This document shows, piece after piece, positions 27,164 to 38,000 of a DNA stretch of 64,000 nucleotides. The position numbers were made by a program, and so were the translations under genes. Positions within the stretch are counted from its first letter, which is position 1. Each line of letters starts with the position of its first letter. Below the pieces are notes generated by a model. It ran no database searches. It saw only the letters and a program-made list of their open reading frames with translations, and was not told where the DNA came from. This stretch comes from Opitutaceae bacterium (lineage in GTDB: Bacteria; Verrucomicrobiota; Verrucomicrobiia; Opitutales; Coraliomargaritaceae), in contig JBPOFY010000007.1 of the NCBI GenBank assembly GCA_051252375.1, forward strand, positions 1-64,000. The letters are read 5' to 3'.

Positions 27164-27203
27164 TCTATCTAGCTATAATATGATTCAGCACCAAAGAAAC
27201 TCC

Positions 27204-29303
27204 ATGAAAATATCTAAAACGATCTATGCTTTATCTCTGGCGATATTATTGCCAGTCACGATTTCTCGAGCTCAGGAGGCGGTGACTATCGAGTCACTAC
27301 TTAATGAAATGGTCGACCGCGATGCGGTGGCTCGTTTCCCTTCGCCAGACTTTCGTTTGAAGCAAGACAGCAGCTATAACCGTGCATCTGTCAGTCCTGA
27401 TGAGCCAACAGGCTGGTTTGCGAATTCAGATTATAATAGTCGACCAGGCATGGACCGATTTATCCGCCTCGAAGAGAACGACGGACGTCAGGAGTGGGTT
27501 ATTATGGAATCGAATACGCCGGGTGTGATCACACGTTCTTGGTATCCTGTCACCAAATTTACAGAAGATACAGTGCTTCGCGTCTATCTGGATGGCGAAT
27601 CCACACCTGCGCTGGAAGGGCACCCGCTTACTCTATTTCAAGGCGAGGGCTTGATTCCTTACCCCTTTGCGCATCCATCTCATCTTTCTGCAGTCAACTT
27701 TTTTCCGATCCCTTATGCCGAGAACTGTAAGGTGACGCTCTCCATGCAGCCTTTCTTTTACATTTTTACCTATCGTGAGTATGCTAAGGGAACTAAGGTA
27801 AAGAGTTTTACAATGGAGGACTTTGAGGCGGCTAAAGATCTAACCGAGAAGGTGGGCAATAAGCTTATAAATCCAACTGCTACCGGTGCCCGCGATCCGC
27901 TAAAGTTCAGCGCGAAATTGGCCAGCAAGGAAGAGAAGTCGCTCGACCTTCCAGCGGGTGTTGCTGCAGTGCGCGAGCTATCGGTCAAACTCGGAGATTA
28001 TTCGAATCCCGAGGTGACCCGGACGGTGGTGCTCAAAATGGAATTCGACGGCAATGAAACGGTCTGGTGCCCAATTGGAGATTTCTTCGGGGCAGGGATC
28101 GGCTTGAACCCGTTTCAAGGCTGGTATCGAACGGTCGAGGAAGATGGCACGATGACCGCTCGTTGGGTGATGCCCTATCAGAAGAGCGGTAAAGTTTCGC
28201 TGGTGAATTTCGGCAACGAGCCGGTGGATGCTGAGTTGGTCGTGAAAACCGGCGACTGGAACTGGGATGACCGTTCGATGTATTTCAATGCCATGTGGCG
28301 TGGGCAGTATCCAACACCGACGCGTCCACGCTCGGACTGGAACTATGTGACCGCCAAGGGACGCGGCGTCTATGTTGGCGACACCCTGACCATTATGAAC
28401 CCCGAAGAGCAGTGGTGGGGCGAAGGTGACGCCAAGATCTGGGTCGATGGCGAGGACTTTCCTTCAATCTTCGGCACAGGCACCGAAGATTATTACGGTT
28501 ACGCTTGGGGCGGTAAGACGACGGATTTTTACGAACACCCATTTCATGCTCAAGTGTTCGCGCACAAGTATAACAAGCTAAACCGAAAGCCTGAAGCCAT
28601 TATGGGTGAGCGGAATACTCTGGGGTATAGCACCGAAACGCGTACTCGAGCTCTGGATACGATGCCATTTGGTCAATCCATTCAGTTGGATATGGAGATC
28701 TGGTCCGGGACCGATCAAGACATGGGCTACCAGGTCGGTGCTTATTGGTATGCCGATGCCGCAACCACTTCGAATCGTAAGCCGGAACCTGAAGAGGTGC
28801 TTAATATTCCAACGGTGCCTTACATGCCAGCAACTGTGGCAGCCGAGAAGCCCGCAAAGCAGAGCGAGATTCAGAATGCGATTGATCTGGAGCTTAAGAT
28901 GGTGATTTCGAAAACCGGAAATATCAGCGAGGCCGAACAGGGATTGAGTCGATATAAGGGTGCTTGGAATGAGAGCGACCACATCCTGTTTCGAGGTGCT
29001 CAGGTTGGAGACAGTGTAGAATTACGCATTCCGGCAGCTAGTCCCGCGTTGCAGAAGCTGACTCTACATGGCACAAAGAGTTCTGATTTCGGTATTATTC
29101 AGCTCGCAGTCAATGGCGAGGTCGCCAGCGATAATGTGGATCTCTACGCAGGTAAGCCCTCGCCATCCGGAGCGATTGCTTTGGGCACCTTTGATCCGGT
29201 TGACGGCGCTTTCGTTGTGCGCGTCGAAGTGGTAGGGAAGAATTCCCAGAGCAAGGGGGCTCTCTTCGGTATCGATTGTGTGTCCTTCGCTGAGGTGGAA
29301 TAG
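27204..29303 (+). CDS. DUF2961 / GH172-like glycoside hydrolase with C-terminal beta-sandwich
   Basis: Signal peptide from ATG 27204. PIGDFFG, GRGVYVG, WWGEGDAKIWVDGE, GTGTEDYYG. Confidence 0.88.
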   Translation: MKISKTIYALSLAILLPVTISRAQEAVTIESLLNEMVDRDAVARFPSPDFRLKQDSSYNRASVSPDEPTGWFANSDYNSRPGMDRFIRLEENDGRQEWVIMESNTPGVITRSWYPVTKFTEDTVLRVYLDGESTPALEGHPLTLFQGEGLIPYPFAHPSHLSAVNFFPIPYAENCKVTLSMQPFFYIFTYREYAKGTKVKSFTMEDFEAAKDLTEKVGNKLINPTATGARDPLKFSAKLASKEEKSLDLPAGVAAVRELSVKLGDYSNPEVTRTVVLKMEFDGNETVWCPIGDFFGAGIGLNPFQGWYRTVEEDGTMTARWVMPYQKSGKVSLVNFGNEPVDAELVVKTGDWNWDDRSMYFNAMWRGQYPTPTRPRSDWNYVTAKGRGVYVGDTLTIMNPEEQWWGEGDAKIWVDGEDFPSIFGTGTEDYYGYAWGGKTTDFYEHPFHAQVFAHKYNKLNRKPEAIMGERNTLGYSTETRTRALDTMPFGQSIQLDMEIWSGTDQDMGYQVGAYWYADAATTSNRKPEPEEVLNIPTVPYMPATVAAEKPAKQSEIQNAIDLELKMVISKTGNISEAEQGLSRYKGAWNESDHILFRGAQVGDSVELRIPAASPALQKLTLHGTKSSDFGIIQLAVNGEVASDNVDLYAGKPSPSGAIALGTFDPVDGAFVVRVEVVGKNSQSKGALFGIDCVSFAEVE

Positions 29304-29460
29304 CCGTGGATTATACTGCCCTCGGGTTGATGTTACCGGAATTGTAGACGGCCGTTCACGCTCTATCGCGTAAATGAGGGGGTTGTGTGATTGAGCGTAT
29401 TGTGGGATGCTACACTATTTAGCTCATACTACAAATTGCTTCCGAATTGGTGCTCATATC

Positions 29461-32274
29461 ATGACTTATTTACAGCGTTTTTCGCTCAGTTTTCTCGTTA
29501 CTTTAAATGCAGTTTTTGCTGCGGGTGTATCTGCCAAGGCAGAGGTCATTGATTACGAGGCTTTCCTCGGTCAGCACGATATGACTTGGAATCGCATTCC
29601 CAATCGCTGGGAAGTGGCGCCTTACACGGGTAACGGCAATGTCGGCTTTCTGTTTTATCAAGCGCAGGGCGAAGCCAAGAACGTGATTTCGCTCTATACC
29701 GGACGTCACGATTACTACGATCATCGCGCGCCGCATGATGGCAACGAGATGCTATGGATCTATCGCAGTCGTCTCCCGTTGGGGCATTTCAAGCTAAAGT
29801 CAGAGGGCGATATCACTGCAGTAGACCTGCGGTTGGATTTGTGGAATGCCGAGTTGACTGGCACAATTGCGACAACCAAGGGCTCCTACGAGCTGCGTGG
29901 ATTTTCTCACAGTCTTGGAGATGTGATTTATTTTGAGACGGATGCGAAGAATGAGTCGATTCAAGTATCTTGGCATCCAGATGTGCCGAAGGCTCCGGTG
30001 CGGACAACCCTCGAAGGTGGAGGCGGACCCAAGGGCGGTAGTTGGGATAAAATGCGCGCGGCTCCCTATGAACTGCCACCCGAGCCTACCTTGCGTGAGA
30101 TCGATGGTGTTAATTTCTGCTACCAACCCCTCTATCAGAACCGTGGTGAAACCACGACTGCATGGGAGCTGCGTGGCGAGTCTGCTGGCAAGCAGGTCTT
30201 ACTGGCTAGTGTGCATCACAGTTTCCCTGAGAGTAATAGTATTCAAAAAGTTAAGGATAATTTACAGGCAGCACGAAAGCTGTTGGCTGATCAGAGTTTC
30301 TTTTCATCGCACCGCAAGTGGTGGAATGAGTATTACCCACTGAGTTTCTTAACAATCAATGATCCTGAGAAAGAGGCGTTCTATTGGATCCAGATGTATA
30401 AGTTTGCCTCGGCGACACGTAACAATGGACCGGTGATGGATCTAATGGGGCCATGGTATCACAAAACTTTCTGGCCGATGGTATGGGGCGACTTGAATGT
30501 GCAGCTGCAATACTGGACGCACCTTACGGCAAACAGACTTGATGTCGGTTCGTCACTCGCGAACTGGTTCGATAAGAAAGAGCACAACCTCTATGGAAAC
30601 GTGCCAGACCATTGGGAAGATAGCATGGGTCTTTCGACTTGTTTCCCCCAGGATCTGGTTGGCGGACAAGGGGGCAGTGTGCCGGACATGCTTTGCTGGG
30701 TGTTGCACAACTATTGGTTACACTGCGAATTCGCAGGCGACCGCGAGCGACTGCGTGACGGCTTGTTCTCTAAGTTGCGCGGCGTCGGTAACAGTTATCT
30801 GAATTATCTGAAGGAGAATCCGGTGCCGTCCGATGATGGCACGATCCACATCAAGCACAGTTGGTCGCCGGAATATCCAGGTGGTCGCGGGCAGGATATC
30901 AACTTCACTATCGGGCTGATGAAATGGTGCTTCCAGACGCTACTCGATATCAACGAAGAGCATAACCTGAACGATCCGCTTGAGGCTGAATGGCAAAACA
31001 TCGTCGATAACATTGTTGATTTTCAAATCGATAAAGACGGTCTGCGTATCGGCAAAGACATCGCCTTCGACAAACCACACCGCCACTATTCGCATCTCCT
31101 GCCATTCTATCCATTGGCGATCCTTACACCGGATACGGATGAAGGAAGAGGGCTCCTACGCACCTCTTTAGATCATTGGCTCAACGTGACCTTCAACCGG
31201 GAGAAAAAGGATAGTGCAATGTCAGTTACCGGCTATACGGCGACGGGTGCCGCCTCGATGTATGCATGGGCTGGTGATTCAAAGATGGCGTATTACTATC
31301 TCGATTTTTTAATTAAACACGACCGCGTCTCGCCGACCACGATGTATGCTGAAGGTAATCCTGTGATTGAGAGCCCGCTCTCGTTTGCGACCAGTATTCA
31401 TGACATGATTCTGCAAAGTTGGGGTGGGGCGCTTCGCGTCTTTCCAGCAGCGCCGGAAGTTTGGGGCGATGTTGCCTTCAAGGATTTGCGCGGGCAGGGT
31501 GCCTTTTTAGTGAGCGCAAAGAAAGAGAGTGGAGTGACGCAGTTCATAACGGTGAAGAGTCTCATTGGCACGCCTTGTGTGGTCATCACGGATATTCCTA
31601 ATCCAAAGGTTTATATCGATGGGTCCCCAATTTACATTAAAGCCGAGGAAGACGGTAGTTATAAACTCCCTCTCAAGAAGGGCGAGACCGCTACGTTCAC
31701 TCCGGTTGCTTTGGCGCAGACTGATTTGTCGATACAGCCGATCTCGATCGACGAGTCAGGTCGTAATCTGTTCGGCCTGAACGATAAGACGACTCGTTTG
31801 CCAGGCTACGATCACTACTACGGTAGCAGCCACAAACCTGTGAAAGCTTCTAAGCCCAAACCGAGTCCCAAGGTAGATCTGCCGGCTGGACGTTATGTCC
31901 GTATCGAACTGCCGGGCGATAAGCGAGTGCTGTCATTGACCGAAGTCGAAGTGCTCGTGGGCGGCAAAAATGTGGCAAAAGGCAAAAAAGCCACGCAATC
32001 CAGTGTTCAATACGGTGGTTCTCCAGAACGTGCGGTCGATGGCAACACCGACGCTGACTACAATAATGGTTCTGTGACGCATACCGATGAAGCTAGTAAC
32101 CCTTGGTGGGAATTGGACTTAGGGAGCAGTGTCAAGATCGACGCGATCCACGTTCATAATCGCAGAGGGAACTCTGATCGCTTAGATGGATTTACGATTC
32201 GAATCTTAGATGAAAACCGGAAAGAAGTGTTTTCCAAAGCGAACTGCGCTTCGCTTCCTGTTTCGGTATTTTAA
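29461..32274 (+). CDS. Divergent GH95-like (alpha/alpha)6 hydrolase with C-terminal F-type lectin (CBM47-like) domain
   Basis: Signal peptide from ATG 29461. GNGNVG, DLNVQ, SWSPEY, HRHYSHLL, DMILQSWGG, VFPAAP. NVAKGKKATQSS...AVDGN...THT...PWW. Confidence 0.8.
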   Translation: MTYLQRFSLSFLVTLNAVFAAGVSAKAEVIDYEAFLGQHDMTWNRIPNRWEVAPYTGNGNVGFLFYQAQGEAKNVISLYTGRHDYYDHRAPHDGNEMLWIYRSRLPLGHFKLKSEGDITAVDLRLDLWNAELTGTIATTKGSYELRGFSHSLGDVIYFETDAKNESIQVSWHPDVPKAPVRTTLEGGGGPKGGSWDKMRAAPYELPPEPTLREIDGVNFCYQPLYQNRGETTTAWELRGESAGKQVLLASVHHSFPESNSIQKVKDNLQAARKLLADQSFFSSHRKWWNEYYPLSFLTINDPEKEAFYWIQMYKFASATRNNGPVMDLMGPWYHKTFWPMVWGDLNVQLQYWTHLTANRLDVGSSLANWFDKKEHNLYGNVPDHWEDSMGLSTCFPQDLVGGQGGSVPDMLCWVLHNYWLHCEFAGDRERLRDGLFSKLRGVGNSYLNYLKENPVPSDDGTIHIKHSWSPEYPGGRGQDINFTIGLMKWCFQTLLDINEEHNLNDPLEAEWQNIVDNIVDFQIDKDGLRIGKDIAFDKPHRHYSHLLPFYPLAILTPDTDEGRGLLRTSLDHWLNVTFNREKKDSAMSVTGYTATGAASMYAWAGDSKMAYYYLDFLIKHDRVSPTTMYAEGNPVIESPLSFATSIHDMILQSWGGALRVFPAAPEVWGDVAFKDLRGQGAFLVSAKKESGVTQFITVKSLIGTPCVVITDIPNPKVYIDGSPIYIKAEEDGSYKLPLKKGETATFTPVALAQTDLSIQPISIDESGRNLFGLNDKTTRLPGYDHYYGSSHKPVKASKPKPSPKVDLPAGRYVRIELPGDKRVLSLTEVEVLVGGKNVAKGKKATQSSVQYGGSPERAVDGNTDADYNNGSVTHTDEASNPWWELDLGSSVKIDAIHVHNRRGNSDRLDGFTIRILDENRKEVFSKANCASLPVSVF

Positions 32275-32323
32275 TTATGCAGACTTCACCTGTTACGGAA
32301 AGATTAGTGGAAATTAATAGCGA

Positions 32324-34801
32324 ATGAAAACATTTCCCCAATTTCGACGCTTTGCCGCCTGTCTTGCCCTAGGCTTGATTACATCCATCGCAAACGCAGA
32401 ACAAGAGCCAGTTAAGGCCCCGCAAGCGACGGTCGATTGGCCTAGCTTTATGGAGCGGCAGGATATGGTTTGGAATCAAGTTCCTAAGCGTTGGAATGAG
32501 GCACCTTTCTTTGGGAATGGCATGATAGGGCTATTTCTCTACCAGGAGATCAATAACCCGGATAATAGCTACTCAACCGATGCGAAAAATGTGCTCTCAA
32601 TGCATCTTGGTCGGGGGGATTATTATGACAATCGTGCACCGTTTGAGGGTAAAGATCATACGTGGATCTATCGTGGACGGTTACCGATTGGTTTTTTCCG
32701 TATCCAATCCGAAGGCGATATAACAGGCGTCGATTGGCGTATGGATTTGTGGAATGCGAGATTAGTGGGAACGGTTCAAACCACTAAAGGTAGCTACCAG
32801 ATCGAAGGTAAAGTTCATGCGCTTTATGATTCGTTTTTTTGGAAGGTGATTCCTTCAAGCGGCGAGTCAGTCGACTTCGAGTGGCAGCCGCAAAAAGCGA
32901 CTTCGTATGCGAGAACAGTTTCCTTAGCCGCGGTCGAGCGTGGCAAGTTGGGTGGGGGAGAAGTCTCGCATTTTTATACGAACTTTGCCGCCACGCCGTA
33001 TCCAGAAGCACCTGAAGTGGAGGTGGTCGAGTCTGCGGAGAACAACACGAGTCGCCAAGTGCTCTATGGAGATACTGGCGAATTAGTCGTGGCATGGAAG
33101 ACCACTAAGGATGCTTCTGATCGTTCGGTGACTCTATTAGCTAGTATTGCGTTTTCGCACGAGATGGGAGTCGCCATGCCAGAGGCTAAGCAGGAGCTCA
33201 CTCGTGCATTGGCGGAGGTGAAGGGCGCTACCTACACCCAGACCCATGAACAATGGTGGCATATGTATTACCCGCGTAGTTATGTGTCAGTCTCTGATGA
33301 TTTTTGGGAGCAGTTCTACTGGATCCAGATCTATAAGCTCGCCAGTGCGAGTCGTGCCGACGGCATGATGTTGGATACGGCAGGGCCATGGTATCAGCCA
33401 GGCTTTCACCCGCTCGTGTGGTCGGACCTGAATGTGCAGCTATGCTATTGGGCGCAGTTGACCTCCAACCGAACGGATGTCGGCAAGTCGCTTTTGAACG
33501 TAATGGATCGCAACATCGAGAATTTGAGTAACAATGTGCATCCCGATTGGCGTAACGATAGCTTAGATGCGAACACAGTGTTTCCGGGTAACGATCTGAT
33601 CGCGCCGATCCCCTACAAAAAAGTAGCAGACCATGTCGTGTGGATGCTCCACAACTACTGGTTAATCTGTCGCTACGAGAACGACACAGAGCGCATGCGT
33701 GATGGTCTCTTCCCCTTGCTCAAGCGAGCTAACGCCACCTACTTACGTTACATCGAGGATCACCCGTTGGATCTCGGAGACGGGAAGCTCCATTTCAAAC
33801 ACAGCTGGTCACCCGAAGCGGCTACCGGAGTGGATATGAACTACACGATCGCGCTCGCTCGTTGGTCGAGTCGCATTCTCCTTGAGATAAATGAGACGCA
33901 TAATCTTAACGACCCGAAAGCGGCAGATTGGCAAAACCTGCTGGACAATTTGGTGGGCTGGCAGACTGACGCCAACGGATTGAGACTTGGAAAGGACTTT
34001 CCTTTTGAAAAGGCGCACCGACACTATTCACACTTGCTTGGGTTTTACCCGCTCTTTGAACTCACGCCGGACAGGGACAGGGCGCTCCTACAGAAGTCGG
34101 TGGATCATTGGTTGGCAGTTACCGAGGATCCGACGAAGGTCAAAGGATCGGCCATGCCCGTAACAGGCTATACATGCACCGGCGCATCTTCAATGTATTC
34201 GGCATTGGGTGATGGTAACAAAGCGCTGGAATATCTGCGCAAGTTCAGCTTCGTGAATATCTACTCGAATACTCTCTATGCTGAAGGCAAAGAACAGTTG
34301 ATCGAAACTCCGATGTCGGCGGCGGCGTCGATGAACGACATGCTCTTACAGAGTTGGGGAGGGCGCATTCGTATCATGCCAGCCGTTCCGGATGCTTGGC
34401 AGGATATTCACTTTCAGTCGCTCCTTTGTGAGGGTGGCGTTCTCGTGAGTGCCGACCGCACCACTGGGCAGTTGACCTATGCCAAGATTGAATCTCCTGA
34501 TGAGCTGCGAATTATCGAGTTCAAACTCCCCCTAGAAAATCCGGAGTTCTTCATTATTACCAAGGACCAGCAAGTGAGACCAGTCGCCTTAAAACGTGAC
34601 CAAGAAGGCTTTTACCATATCAATCTACCAGCCGATGCTTCGCTAATCGCCAAGCGACCCGAGGTAAACTTGGCCGGAATCAAAGCCCTGAAGTCACCAG
34701 CTGACCTGAAAAACATCTTCGGCAACAACGGACAATACGAAGTGGTGCGTGAACAATTTAAGACAGAATCGTTCCGCGAGCCGGTCGGAGTCACAAAATA
34801 G
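32324..34801 (+). CDS. Divergent GH95-like hydrolase, tandem paralog of the preceding gene
   Basis: Signal peptide. GNGMIG, WIYRGRLPIG, DLNVQ, HSWSPE, HRHYSHLL, DMLLQSWGG. Confidence 0.8.
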   Translation: MKTFPQFRRFAACLALGLITSIANAEQEPVKAPQATVDWPSFMERQDMVWNQVPKRWNEAPFFGNGMIGLFLYQEINNPDNSYSTDAKNVLSMHLGRGDYYDNRAPFEGKDHTWIYRGRLPIGFFRIQSEGDITGVDWRMDLWNARLVGTVQTTKGSYQIEGKVHALYDSFFWKVIPSSGESVDFEWQPQKATSYARTVSLAAVERGKLGGGEVSHFYTNFAATPYPEAPEVEVVESAENNTSRQVLYGDTGELVVAWKTTKDASDRSVTLLASIAFSHEMGVAMPEAKQELTRALAEVKGATYTQTHEQWWHMYYPRSYVSVSDDFWEQFYWIQIYKLASASRADGMMLDTAGPWYQPGFHPLVWSDLNVQLCYWAQLTSNRTDVGKSLLNVMDRNIENLSNNVHPDWRNDSLDANTVFPGNDLIAPIPYKKVADHVVWMLHNYWLICRYENDTERMRDGLFPLLKRANATYLRYIEDHPLDLGDGKLHFKHSWSPEAATGVDMNYTIALARWSSRILLEINETHNLNDPKAADWQNLLDNLVGWQTDANGLRLGKDFPFEKAHRHYSHLLGFYPLFELTPDRDRALLQKSVDHWLAVTEDPTKVKGSAMPVTGYTCTGASSMYSALGDGNKALEYLRKFSFVNIYSNTLYAEGKEQLIETPMSAAASMNDMLLQSWGGRIRIMPAVPDAWQDIHFQSLLCEGGVLVSADRTTGQLTYAKIESPDELRIIEFKLPLENPEFFIITKDQQVRPVALKRDQEGFYHINLPADASLIAKRPEVNLAGIKALKSPADLKNIFGNNGQYEVVREQFKTESFREPVGVTK

Positions 34802-34871
34802 AACTAGGCTCAAATGTAAGATAGGGGCATCTTAGGCATCGTTTTCATGCGATCTTACCTGCTAATGCACC

Positions 34872-34919
34872 CATATCGCGAATATTCGCGATATGCAGAA
34901 TGACTGAATGTGCTATAAT
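34872..34919 (+). promoter_or_regulatory. Perfect 24-bp palindrome (family B) plus consensus extended -10
   Basis: CATATCGCGAATATTCGCGATATG at 34872-34895 and TGCTATAAT at 34911-34919. Confidence 0.78.
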
Positions 34920-35015
34920 CTGCTGATTATGATATAATTAAGTTTATTGTTCATGTTAACATATATCATTCTCTGTAATTATTGAATTCACTGACTACCT
35001 CACAAAACGATCTGC

Positions 35016-38000
35016 ATGTATCCTATAAATCACACCCTTCTGAATGCGAGCACCATAGCCGCTTGCCTATTATTACTACCAGTAGCGAATGCGGGCACAA
35101 TCACTTGGGACTCCGCCAATGCCACCTCGACTGACTGGTCGTTGGGGACGAACTGGGTTGACGATATCGCTCCGGGTGCCGGTGACGATCTAGTCCTGAT
35201 TGCAGGCGGCAGCTTTGATCCTACAAACAACAGCGGATACACCGCAATTTCGGTTAACTCGATTACGCTGGATGCAAGCTCAACCTCCAATCTAAGCTTA
35301 GGTTCCGACATTCAGGTCGGTGCGGGCGGAATACATAATAACCGAGTAGGTAGCGGTAGTCTTTTTCTTAGCGACGTAAATATTACGGCGGATTCAACTT
35401 GGGGCGGCACTCGAACAATCTTCGTTGGCGGCTCCATTACTGGCTCCAAAATGATTTTTGATGGTAGCGGGATTCGTTTCGACAGAAATAGTGCAAGTTG
35501 GAGCACTGGCCTCGATGTTCATACTAGCGTGGGAATGAATGATTTCGGAGATGATTCTGGCGTCACCATCACGCCATGGGGCACTGGCACGATCACTTTG
35601 ATTAATCAGAGGACGGATTTGTCGACCAATTCGGACCCCACCTTGAACCTCGCTTTCTCGGCGAACAATATGGATCTGTCGACGGCGACGACTTTTGCCA
35701 ATAACATTGCTCTGGCTGATCCTGGCACTGGCAATTATACAATCAACCATAGCGGAGACTCAGCTACTTTGGCTGGCGGGCATTGGGTGAAGCTTACGGG
35801 AGAGATCTCTGGCGCCGTGGACACTGCACGCACGCTTTCCTTTACGAATACAAAAGGATCAGACACTCCGATTACATTTATACTTGAGGGTGCAAATACC
35901 CATACGGCGACTACGACGCTAACTGGCGACGTCACACTGGGTCTTGGCAATGTCGATGCCCTCCAAAACTCCACTTTAGACACAGGTGCAAGCGATGCGT
36001 CAAAGGCTGTGACATTTGATGTTGCGGGCACGAACACTTATAACCTCGGTGGCCTGACAGGCGCCGATGAACTGGATGTTGGCGCCAACACTGTAAGTGT
36101 CGGCGATAATGACCTCTCAAATACCTATAACGGAGTTGTCAGCGGAACAGGTGGCTTCACTAAAGTTGGCTCTGGCACCCAGACATTCACAGACGCCCAG
36201 ACTTACACTGGAGCAACAACTATCAGTGAAGGCACATTGCAGTTGGGTAACGGTGGCACAACTGGGGCACTCTCAACTTCCAGCGCGATTGCAAATGACG
36301 GGGTCTTTTCAATTAACCGCAGCAATGCGGTCGTTCAAGGTGTTGATTTCAGCGGCGATCCGATTACTGGCACAGGATCTATTTCTAACGTTGGCAGTGG
36401 CCGACTAACTCTGGACGGAGCCAATACTTATAGCGGTGGCACGAACTTTACAGGTGATACTCTGACAGTAGCTTCTGAAGGTGCACTGGGAACAGGCGCC
36501 GTAGTGGGCGATACTGCTGGTGGTAATACCGCTATATTGACATTTAATACTACTTCGGATGCGACTTTCGCCAATGATATCACTGCAGGTGCTAGTGGCA
36601 GCGGTATCGTCAATGACAGTGCAACGTCTGTAGTCACTCTGAATGGTAATGTTTCATTTAATGATGGCACTACCTTTCAAGGTTTCCAAGGCACTGGTGT
36701 CGACAATGCTGGTTTTGTGATTGGTGGTAATGTTTCCTCGACAACTCGGCTTACTCTTAAAGACACCAACCTGACTCTTGCTAGCACTGGAACTGTAGGA
36801 CCTACGTTCGGAGGTCGGATTACGCTCGGCGATGTCGGTGGTTCTGGTTCAGCGGTTTACGTCGCTGATGGTGCTGATTTCACACTTAGAATTCAGGATT
36901 CGCAAAATACAGCGATCTCTAATGATGCGATGACCTTTATCGTTGGTATGAACACCGCAGGAACAGGGACTTTTAGTAGTTCTGATTCGGTGAATTTATT
37001 AGCAAACGGAAGTAGTGTCGCCAACGACTGGGAGTTTCTCGCCGTTACTGGGGCGACCGCAAACTTCACTGGTAAAATCATTAGCAATAATGCAAATGCG
37101 AATGCAGCCGACGTAACAGTTACCAAGACTGGAGACGGGACGGTGGTTTTCGCTCAGGACAATACTTATATTGGCGACACGATCATCAGCGCGGGCACCT
37201 TGCAGATTGGCAACGGTGGTTCAGCTGGTTCACTCAGCGCAGATAGCACCATTACGAACAATGGAACTCTAATTTTCAACACCACCTCCAGTCTGGTGCA
37301 AGGCACTGATTTTAGCACCGCCCCAATTACAGGCACTGGCTCGCTCAGCATAGTGGGCGGCGACATGACCTTGAATGCTGCCAACACCTATGCAGGTGGC
37401 ACTTCGATTGATGGAGGTACGCTCACAGCGGCAGCTGAAGGCGCTTTCGGTAATGGTGCCATTACGGGCACATCGAATTCTGTTCTGACCTTCAACACGG
37501 CTTCAGACGCAACTTTCAATAACGACATTACGTTTGTAACGCCGAGCGACACTGGCCTTGTCAATAACAGCACGACATCAACGGTGACACTGGGGGGAAC
37601 AGTGGAGCTCACTGGTGCCTTTGCAACTCTCGTTGGCACGGGTGTCAATAACGCAGGTTTCGTACTTGCCGATGGTGCTGTTTTGAAAGCTGGCGCAGGG
37701 AGTCGACTGGGACTGAAAGATACGAGTCTGACGATTCAAGCTGGCGGTGCAGTAGACTATAGCGCCACTGGGTTTCAGCGCCTAACACTTGGAGAAGCCG
37801 GCGGCTCTGGTGCCGCAGTTTATCTCGAAGACGGTGCTGACCTAGACATGGTCATCTATGATACCAACAACGGTAACGTTACCTCGGACACGATGGAATT
37901 CATTGTCGGAATGCAGTCTGCCGGAACCGCTACCTTCAGTGGTCTTGGCGGCGAAGCGGTGGATCTCAATCATCGCAACAATGCAGGCAGCCTCGCCAAC

